A stretch of DNA of 64,000 nucleotides. Origin: Zootoca vivipara (taxonomy: Eukaryota). The notes below the pieces were generated by a model, which saw only the letters and a list, made by a program, of their open reading frames with translations, ran no database searches and was not told the origin of the DNA. Below are positions 1 through 9,974 of this stretch, piece by piece; within the stretch, counting starts at the first letter, position 1, and every line of letters begins with the position of its first letter. Position numbers and translations under genes: made by a program. The DNA lies in NCBI RefSeq assembly GCF_963506605.1, contig NC_083288.1:38626001-38690000 (forward strand), given 5' to 3'.

Positions 1-1582
1 GCATTCACCCCCAACAAGTCCAATGCGACTGTAAAGATCCTTTGCCAGGGAGCACCCAGCTGCTCAAGTCTTTGGGGTTCCACTCTTTGAGAATTATTGA
101 CCCAGAAATTACCCTTCCACTTGGCCTTTTATATACAGAGTTGATGCTGGGCCTCTCACAGATGAATGACAGGCTGAAATGCAACGGATCCATTTCCAAC
201 AGAGTCCAAGAGTAAGCAGAGAGAGAATACAAATTGCTCATCAAAAGCCTAATGAAGAAAAAAAAAACTTCATAATACACCTAAAGACTGCAAGAGATGA
301 AAATTGCTGGTTTCCCCCAGCAGTGCCATTACTGACAATACCCAGTCCCTATAAACCACCATCTTTTATTAACTAATGATGGACCAGTAAGTATATGATA
401 CACCAGAGTGGGTGCACAAGGGGGAACAGGCAAGGTCAGAAAAGGGGGCACTTTATGGGGAACTGTAGCAACTAGAACTTAGATCCCAACTACTGAGATT
501 CCTGCATTGCAGAGGGTTGGACTAGATGAAACTCTGGACCCCTTCCAACAGTTATTATTATTCTGTTATTCTACCCTCCATTCCTCACAGCTATTTGTTC
601 CTGAAAGAATCCATTCTGAGGCAACTCTCTTTAGGACCAGAGAGAACTTTCCTTCGAGGTTAAGTTTCAGCACTTGGTTGTGGGTTCCTTACTTCCTCTT
701 TCCAGTTGCTTGTTCTTTTTTATCTTGAGAGAGAAACTGCGGGTGGGGAAAGCAAGGTACTACGATCAAAGGGGAGGCAAGCTTCTCCCATAGCTACCTT
801 CTCTTCCTGGACCAAGTGACTTGTGAATCGCCAGGTGAGCTCTAGTCCCGCCCCTTCACCTGGGAAATGTTTCCTCTTGAAGAGTGGGAGAAAGAGAAAC
901 TGCCATGAAGGAAAACCAAAAGGGGGAACTCAGACGCATCTGACACCAAAGGTAAGGGCATTCAGGGGAGTGTGTTTCCCTTTTTTACAATATCCTCATG
1001 TTTGCATAGGACACTTGCTATAGTTACATTTATTTCAAGACAAACTGGGGAAGTTATTCCTCCTTCCCTCTCACTCCAGTTCTTCTCCAGCTTTCCCCCT
1101 TTCCCAGTATTTTCTTTAATTATGCATAGATTGGTCCTCTCCTTTTTTTCTTCTGGCGCCCTTCATCCTATCGTTTCATTACTGTTGTGTCGTGACTCAA
1201 TACACAACAATTACTTTTCTTCCTTCACCACCTTTTTGTCCTCACTCCTTCTAAAACCATTATTTCAATTTGTTTATCTGTTCTCCTGTCCTGTTATGCT
1301 TATATAACACAATTAGTTTGCTCATTCATTAAGTTATTTCCACTTTTGTTCCAACATCCTACTCTAGATCCTGTTCAATTTTCTTAAAAATAAAAATCCA
1401 TCCCAAATTAGATTCTCTCCCAGCTGGATAAACACCACACATTTAAAGCAACCCAATAATCTTGGCAACTGTAGTTTGCCTGCAGGGAGCTATACTTCCC
1501 AGCACCTTTAACAAACTACATTTCCTAGGATTCCTTTTTTTTGGGGGGGGGGGTACACAGCCAGAGATCTTTCCTGTGTACA

Positions 1583-3597
1583 CCGAGGGTGTAAAAGGTA
1601 TTAAAGTAAAAAGGCACACAATAAAAATAAAAGCTTTTGCAGATGACGTTATAATTATGTTGGAGGACCCAAAAGAGTCAATATTAAAATTAAAACAGAA
1701 TTTGGAAAATTATGGGAAGGCATCTGGATTTAAAGTTAACGCAAAAAAAAAAATCATGATCAAAAATCTAAAAGGAAAAGAGATAAAGGACCTGGAAAAA
1801 TTGGCAGAATGGCAAATAGTAAATAAAACAAAATATTTAGGCATAGAGGTAACACCAAATAACATTAATCTATTTGAAAATAATTATATAAAATTATGGA
1901 AGGAAATAAAGGAGGATCTAGGCAGATGGGACAAATTATATTTGTCCCTCTCAGGAAAGATAGCGGCTATTAAAATGGTGATCCTCCCAAAAATCACTTT
2001 TCTTTTCCAGATGCTACCCATAATAGGAAAGAAGGAAATATTTGAAGATTGGAAAAGAATACTAAGTAAATTTATATGGGCAGGTAAAAAACCCAGGATA
2101 CAGTTCAAATTATTAACAGAAGCAAAAGAAAGAGGAGGTTGGGGAGTCCCCGACTTAAGACTATATTACGCTGCAGCCGGATGGTGCTGGATAAAAGAAT
2201 GGCTGACTCTAGAAAATCAAGAGTTGTTAGAACTAGAAGGATTTAGACACACAAAGGGGTGGCATGCCTACCTCTTGCTGGATAAAAGAGGAAACCAAAG
2301 AGAATTTAAGGATCATATAATTAAGAAATCCTTGTACCAGATTTGGCTGGAATTCAAACAGCTAATGGAGCCATATAGCCCTTGGTGGGCATCACCCATC
2401 GAAATGACAGCAATGAGCAGAAACCCAACAAATGACAAATGGCCCACATATCGAGAATTATTGGTAAAAGATAAGGACAATTACAATCTAAAATCGTATG
2501 AAGAAATTAAAATACATTGCTCGAGTTGGTTACATTATGGCCAGGTACAAAGCATATTCAAGATCCATAAAGAAATTGGGTTCCCCAAAGAAAAGTCCAA
2601 ATTACAAGAGATTATACTAGATAATGATAAAAAAATACTTGGGAAAGTGTATAGATTTTTATTGGATTGGGAGCTAAAAGATGAACTTACGAAAAATGCC
2701 ATGATAAAGTGGGCATCAGATATCGGCAGACCAATTATGACAAACCAATGGGATAATTTATGGAAATTTGACTCTAAATTCACAGCTTGTACAACAATTA
2801 AAGAGAATATTCTAAAGATGTTTTATAGATGGCACATGACCCCAGATAAGATCGCGAAATATTACAAAACGGGAGAGGGGAAATGCTGGAAATGTCAGGA
2901 CAAAATTGGGAGTTTCTATCACTGTTGGACATGCCCAAAAGTGGCGGAATTTTGGAACCAGATATATGAAAAACTAAAAAAAACTTCTAAAATGTACATT
3001 TAAAAAAAACCCCGAAACCTTCCTCCTAAGTATGACCCCACCAGACATACCTAAAGATAGAGTAAATATCCTGCTGTACACATGTGCAGCGGCAAGGGTA
3101 TTAATTGCGTCAAAATGGAAAGGAGCTAGCTTACCAACGATTCAGGAATGGCAAGAAAAGTTAATTAAATATTTAAAAATGGCAAAATTAACGGCAATAA
3201 TTAGACACGTTCCGAGGCAAAAAAAAATAGGCGAATGGAAGTATGTTCAAGATTACTTGGAGAGAGAAGACATAGAGGTTAATTTAGCGAAATACTTAGA
3301 TTAGAACTTAAAAGGAGAAAATAAAATAAATCTAAAGTGAAAGTTTGATTTGGAACAGATCAGGAGGAACAGCAAGAAGGAGAGAAGAAACAAAGGAACA
3401 CGTATTGTAAATAACAGGAAGTGATTTTTTTTTTCCTTTTCCTTTTTCTATTTTACTCGGTTGTAGCTTTGTATATGCTTTTTCTTGTTTTTTACAAATT
3501 TACTTTGTATATAACTTGATTATTTTCCACTACTTTTTGCCCTTTTTTTCTTTGTTACGTATGTTTTTTAAAAATTGAATAAAGATTTGAAATTCAA
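1583..3597 (+). mobile_element. 5'-truncated L1-clade LINE (ORF2 RT C-terminal half, CCHC knuckle, 3' UTR)
   Basis: ORF 1462-3003 contains the RT motif AFADD, KYLGI, GGWGVPD and CWKC..HC-W-C. The frame continues in ORF 3032-3304 after a +1 shift in an A-run near 2976-2983. A T-rich 3' UTR ends with AATAAA at about 3578. Confidence 0.93.
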
Positions 3598-3852
3598 AAG
3601 CGTGATCCCTCTTTTCACGTGCTTTGCTTCATTTTTCTTATTCCCTTTCACCCCATCCCAAATTTATTCCACACTCTCCCTCATTTCTCTCTTCTTTTTT
3701 CACACACACCCGCCCGGTTCTACCGGTATATCTGCAATTCCTTTTCTGGGCCCATTATCACCTGTACTTTCTTGACATGCCCACCTGTTTCATTCACTGC
3801 CACCAGTCGTCCATCATAATTTCACCCCTCATCTTTCAGGCTTCTGTCCGCC

Positions 3853-4473
3853 ATGAAACTCCACCTCTCGAGTGCTCTCGCATCTTCCCACCTGAGGCAT
3901 CTCCCAGACCGGCAGGGATTGCTGTATAAGAAGAGCATCCGCACAGCCTCCTACCGGCCATGCTGGTGCGAGCTTTGGGGCAATATCCTCTTCTGCCGAG
4001 ACCAATCAACAGATCGGGGTCATCTCCGGCTCATCATCCTGGAAGGTTGCACCGTTGAGCTGCAGGAGTCTGCATCTGAACCGCACACCTTTGAGATTTC
4101 CTACCCCGATGGCGTACCTGGCGCCCGATCCTACAAAATGGCGGCCGAGAGCCAAGAAACCATGGAGGGTTGGGTGCGAGCTCTCAGCACGGCAGGTTTC
4201 AGTTACCTCCGAGCTTTGGTGACGGAGCTGGAGGGACAGTTTCAGATGTTGAAGCACCAGCAGCCTCCCAAATGTGAAGGACAATTGAGACACCTGGCAA
4301 GAGACTTGAAACACCCCACTACAAAACCGGCGGTGGAAGCTGGTGTCTTCAGCATGGGTTTTGGCCAGCTCCATCAGCAATTTGGAGAAGATATTGTGAG
4401 GCTGAGGCTGAAGTGGCAGGAGAAGCAAGGCAAGCAGCAATCAGAGAATGAGTCCTTGATTGATTTTGAGTAG
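3853..4473 (+). CDS. PHETA/sesquipedalian (FAM109/IPIP27)-family PH-domain endocytic adaptor, 206 aa, single coding exon
   Basis: MKL start; PH-domain motifs GLLYKK, GNILF, IILEGCTVEL and AAESQETMEGWVRALS; coiled coil YLRALVTELE; F&H motif FGQLHQQFGEDIVRLRLKW. Splice acceptor tttcag at 3834-3839, GCCATG start context, AATAAA at 4624-4629. Orthology to PHETA1 versus PHETA2 is not determined. Confidence 0.9.
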   Translation: MKLHLSSALASSHLRHLPDRQGLLYKKSIRTASYRPCWCELWGNILFCRDQSTDRGHLRLIILEGCTVELQESASEPHTFEISYPDGVPGARSYKMAAESQETMEGWVRALSTAGFSYLRALVTELEGQFQMLKHQQPPKCEGQLRHLARDLKHPTTKPAVEAGVFSMGFGQLHQQFGEDIVRLRLKWQEKQGKQQSENESLIDFE

Positions 4474-4686
4474 GGCAATTCAGGCCATGCCAAATGTTTG
4501 GACCGTGCCTCGTGAGCTTTGGGAAGTCTAGAATCTATGAAGTTTAAGGCAAGAATCTGATTAATGCCTTTGAAACATATGCCAGCACATTGACATTGAT
4601 TTTTACATGCTAAAGGAGAGTTTAATAAATGTGTATTTTTAAACAAAGAAACCTACCAGCCTCAAGAATTGTTTTGTTCACCATAG

Positions 4687-4937
4687 TACCGTGTTTCTCC
4701 AAAAATAAGACACCGTCTTATATTCTTTTTTCCTCAAAAAAAAAACACACTATGGCTTATTTTCAGGGGGTGTCTTATTTTTTTCCTCCTCCTCCTCCTC
4801 CTGCCGCGGCCGGCATTGCTGCTGCGCCTATCACTATGTCTTATTTTCGGGGTATGGCTTATATTCCTTGAATGCTTAAAAATCCTGCTATGGCTTATTT
4901 TATGGGTATGTCTTAAAATATGTGAAACAGGGCAGTA
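4687..4937. mobile_element. Tc1/mariner-pogo (Tc2-like) non-autonomous element
   Basis: Imperfect terminal inverted repeats TACCGTGTTTCTCCAAAAATAAGACA ... TGTCTTAAAATATGTGAAACAGGG, internal TCTTATTTT repeats, TA flanks. Confidence 0.55.
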
Positions 4938-6414
4938 GCCGCCATACCTGATACAGTGAGAAAGGAGGTTGACCTCAGTAATGGTATATTTTGGCAAGCG
5001 CTTATTGTGGGTGGAGTCTGCAGCTGTGCCAACCTCCTGAGTGTGGAACCAAAACCATTCCCCAAAGTGAAAGCTTGCCTTCTTTGCCGTTATTTGGTCC
5101 AGCCCATGCATTTAATGGTGTGATGAAAACAGCATTGGCCTAGTCTCTGGTATTTGACTGGTGGGTCAGGACCCTTGCCTTAGCCTTAAGGATGCATTGC
5201 CACAACAGCACTATTGCAATATGGTAAAGTAACAATAAAAATGAAGCAGCAGGTACCCACCATGTCTGGCTTAAAAGTTGACTGCTATCAAAACCAGGAT
5301 TGCCTGGACAGTGGTGGCTCAGCAGAGGCCGCAAGCAGAAGCTTCCCTCAGATTAACTGTAAAGAGATCCTGTTAACTGGAAGAGACGGGCCCTTCCGAA
5401 CACAAAGTGTGCATCTACCTCTAAACTATGGTCCTTCCAATGGTGTCATCTTCCCCAACCCACTATAACACACACACACACACCTTTTTATCAATGATTT
5501 CTAGGTAGTTGCCTACGACTCTCATCATAAAATCATTCCTCCACCACAACTTTAAAACCTAAAAGGATCTTTGTTCCCAACAACAGTTTGAAGAGGCACT
5601 GTCTGTATTTCGATTTTCCAGTTCTGCTCTTGCACCCTTAAAGTATCCATGTGTAATTTTACTTTATGTTCATTTGCTCCCTGGCTCAACATCATTCGTG
5701 GCTGCCCAACATGGCACTGGTCCACCTCTGGCTACACAAACCCACTGATTTTCCTCTCAGATCAACAACGAAGATTCAAAAGAGCCAGGGTAGTGGCTGG
5801 TTGTGGGGGGGGGGGACGGTATTCAAATCTCCATTCCACCATGAAGTCCGCTAAAGTAACCATTTTCCAAGCTCTGTCTCAGTCCCATCTATTATGCAGG
5901 ACTGCCCCAAGTATGTCATCCATGTTTCAATATGTGGCAAACATATTGATCTTAAAACTACCAACAGGCTTTCCCAATCATGGCAGAGTTGAGAGGGATG
6001 TCAAAAGTCACAGAGTTTTAGGACAGAGAATATTTGACCCGGCAGCTGATGCTGGAAGACATCTTCCCATCATCCCTTACTGTGGACCGTGCAAAGTGGA
6101 GCTGATGAGAATCCAACATCTGGAGATTCCTCTTCCCTGATCAAGGTCCCCCTACAGAATTCATGTTGGCAAGCTAGTAAAATGTGGGCTAGATGGAGCT
6201 ACCATGACATAAGAGTTGTAGTTAGTGAGGGATTGCATCCAAGGAGTGCTCATAGCGGCTCCTGGTCATCGTGAAGAGAAAATGTTCTATCTGCACTATA
6301 TCTTTTAAGGACTATGCTGGATATCACTTCAAAGAGTCCTCTCTTCTCCCCAAAGGATCCTGGGAACTGTAGTTTGTTCAGCATATTGAGAGTTGTTAGA
6401 AGACCCCTATTCCC

Positions 6415-6631
6415 CAGTTTGAAAGTACGAAGTGCAAGTAGATAAGTAGGTACTGCTCCAGCGGGTAGGTAAACGGCATTTCCGTGTGCTGCTCTGGTTT
6501 GCCAGAAGCGGCTTCCACATGACCCGGAAGCTGTACGCCGGCTCCCTCGGCCAGTAAAGCGAGATGGGCACCACCACCCCAGAGTCGTCTGCGACTGGAC
6601 TTAATGGTCAGAGGTCCCTTTAGCTTTACCT
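6415..6631 (+). mobile_element. Sauria SINE (3' part) inserted into a palindromic non-autonomous element
   Basis: Sauria SINE motifs (AAGTGCAAGTAGATAA..., GGCTCCCTCGGCCAGTAAAGCGAGATG, ACCTTTA-type tail). TATTCCCC occurs on both sides as the target-site duplication. The host repeat (about 6290-6840) recurs near 43600-43770 and 51060-51550. Confidence 0.8.
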
Positions 6632-9600
6632 TTATTCCCCTCACAGAGCTACAATTCGCAGAGTCCCCTGGGAAAAGGGGTTGGTCATTAAACCACACTG
6701 GGAATTGTAGCTCTGTGAGGGGAATAGGGGCCTCTTTAAAATTCTCAGCATCCTTAACAGACTACAAGTTCTAGAATTCTTTGTGAGGAAGACATAACTT
6801 TTTAAAGCTGTATGACACTGCTTTAAACATAAAGTTCAGATGGAGCCAAAATGAAAAGCTGGGTGCTATTATAGGGTTCTGTCTTGGGCCCAGTGTTGTT
6901 CAACAATAAATGATTTGATGAAGGTTGAGGGTGGGATACTCATTAAATCTGCAGATGACACAAAACTGTACGAGCTAACCAATGCCTTAGAAGACAGAGA
7001 TTATCTTGACAGTAAGGAGACTTGGGCCAAAACTCACAGAATATAAATATGAGTTTATATAAATGTGAAGTTCTGTGTTTAGCCAGGAAATAAATCAGAT
7101 TCACAAATATAGGATGGGTGGCACCTGGCTTACTACAGTAGCACCCGCACACTGCGTGTTCCCTTCAGCAAAGAAAATTTTCCCCTTCTCCAAGGATGCA
7201 GATACTCTCATCCCACAGAAGACAGCCCAAACCATCAAAAATCAATGAAGACGCTTGACAAACTAGACTGTCATTTTGTTTTGTTAACATTTTTAAACAA
7301 AGCAATGGGGGAAAAATCCAGTAAGAACGAGGCACAAACAAAAAGAAAGACATTATTAACAAGGAGGACAGTAAAGAGATGTCAGCTGTAAACTTCCAAT
7401 TTTCTTCTCTTCCTGATTAGCAGTGGTGGTTTAAAAAAACACTAATAAAAAATTAAAAGGCAAGGGGAAAAAATGAATTCCTAATTTTTCCAGTGTCTGT
7501 CCCATTAAATAAGAGCACAAGGTCAAAAAATAATAACCTCAAGGTTCTGTATACATAATTACAATACTGAAACATATATATAATATATGTGTTATAGAGA
7601 AGAGTTATATACAGAAATGAGGATGGACTAATGGAGCTTTTTCGCTGGCTCGTAGATGGGATCGTGGAGTCTAGAAGCTGCCATTTAGGGCAGGCGTGTT
7701 CTGGGAAGCAAGATTCTGAAACAGGTTCATGATTTTCAAGCTATTCACAACTGCAGAAAAATGTAACCTAACGTGGAGAGCGATGCTGCGGAAGGTGAAA
7801 GCAGAAGGGGCAACAGGGCGAGTTATGAAGATGCACAAGTCCAAAGTTGCCCAAATCCATTCAGTCCACTTCCAGCCCAGCCTGACCTCCAAGGCAGCAA
7901 GAGTTCTGTCTCCCTGTTGCAGAGACCCTTCTTCCCACAACATTTCTAAAATTCTGACCCGCCAGGCTCTGCTAAGCTACTGTAGATATCAGCATCCCAG
8001 GTCTCGCTAAGCTGCATGGAATAAAAGCCAAGGATCTGACCGGCTGCATTCTACACTGCTATCAAAGGAAGGCCAAGCTAGCTAATGCCAGTGTGTAGGA
8101 ACGTTAAAAGGGTTTGTGGTTGCATAACGAAAACACATAGAGAAAAATCATTCGAGTTACAGTGTTTTAAAGGAACCAATTTGCTTTCCGCTGAGGGACA
8201 GAGGAATAAAGCATGCAACTTGGGGGCATGTACTATACTATATTAACAAACTAAAAGCATTTTAAAACCTGTTTTAAACCGCCGTGCCTCAAATTTTATG
8301 AAGGGACTGTGGGGCTTCAAAATATGAAAGCATTCTCAGCCTGTTCCCCAAATGACAATTCCTTAACCTTGACTCTAGGCCAGCCTTCCTCCTGCTGCTG
8401 CTCTCTCAATAAATGTTAGGGTACTGTACCGCCTCTGACTGCCATGCTGGGCTGGGGATCATGGGAGTTTTCATACCAAACACATGGGAACTTGGGAAAG
8501 GGCTCAAGAGAACCCAGAGCAGTCAAAACTAATGGTCCACTGGCTTAAATGTGTTGTGGAGACGCATCCTTTGTATCCAGAAAATGACTGGTGCTGGTTG
8601 TATGCTAATAAAACAAGGGCAAAGATACCCAAATATGTTGTTAAGGACTGATATGGGTACCAGGGCTTGGAGAGGAACAGTGTACAACACAGTCCACCCC
8701 CACCCCACCCCTTGTTGGCAGAAGCTCCCTAGAAACCTGGCTGCCTCCCTCACTGTCTGGAGGCAGCAAATGGGAATGTTTGTGCCAGAAGGTAAATACT
8801 CAAGGACAAGAAATTGCTAAAGAGCAAAAACCTTTCTCAAGTGCATATCACCAAAGCGGGAATGGGGAATCTCAACGTACGGCCCCCTCTCTGCTCCAAT
8901 CTCTCTTCTCCTTTCTGCTCAAGAAATCTCAACAGACATAAATAGGCACCAACTTTTTTTTTCCTGACCACTGCTAAGAAATCTTTGCATAGGAGCAGCC
9001 AAATGGCCGAGTTTCTGGGTAGCAGGGTAGCCAGCTCCCCACCCCCAATACACATACACATACACACACTCAGACTCGCATTTACAGAAAGGCTTCCTGT
9101 CTCAATTCACTGTATGTGAGGGAGCAATCCAACAGGTTCCGCTTTCCTCTTTGCTGCAGGTCCATGTTGGCTAAAGCCACTTCAGCCTGCCATGCGGCTT
9201 TCAAAGAACAGAGACACCGCCAGCAAATAAGGCAACTATCGCAGCCTGTAGGTAACCATGCATGGGGGCCAGGGAGCCAAAGGAAGGAGGGATTTCTTAT
9301 AGGGGAGACAGTCAAGTCTGGGGTGGAGCCAAGGGAAATACATATATATATATATATAGCAATGTTATGAGGGCCAACCCACAATGGAAGAAACATTTGT
9401 TAATATACTGGCGGGAAGACAATACCTTGTTCTCGAAACCAGCCTCTCTGGAGGTGGTGTTGTAAGCCTGGAGTGGTTAAATAGCTTTAAGGAGAGAGGA
9501 TTCTATATACAGTACTTGAAATTGGGATGTCAGGAGTTATTATTAATAGTATGGTTACCTCCTCAGTTAAGATTCCCAACCTTTTGGTAGGGGATCGGAG

Positions 9601-9974
9601 CGATGCAGCTGCTCCTGTTGGTTGCGACAAAAACAGCAGTGGGCGGCCATTTTCTGTAGCCACGCAGAGCACAGCCGCCATCTTGTTTTGGCCCTATTCA
9701 TTAAGGATAGGGGAAGGGGAGGGGGAAGGGAGCCACATCCACCTCAGGCACACAAAGGGAGGTAAAAACATGGGACCTCCGTTAAATATTCCACTACCCA
9801 ACCGCGGCCCTAAGTTGTGTGGTTCAGTGCACGGCAGCTATCCCCCGCCTTGGCAAAAGCTCCTCCTGCCTTCTGGGTCCCCCTACCACAACAAGTCTCT
9901 GGGTGGCAGCCACCACCTTGGTCCTTGGCTGACGGGAGGGAGTCGTCGGGGCCCGTGTGGCCCCCCAGCCCTAC

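Noticed and set aside
5-280. 91-aa minus-strand ORF following a splice acceptor
   Set aside because: There is no recognisable homology. It may be a UTR exon of a neighbouring gene but cannot be assigned from this window.
1462-1582. N-terminal part of the 513-aa ORF
   Set aside because: It is chance read-through into flanking DNA upstream of the L1 truncation point, not a real start.
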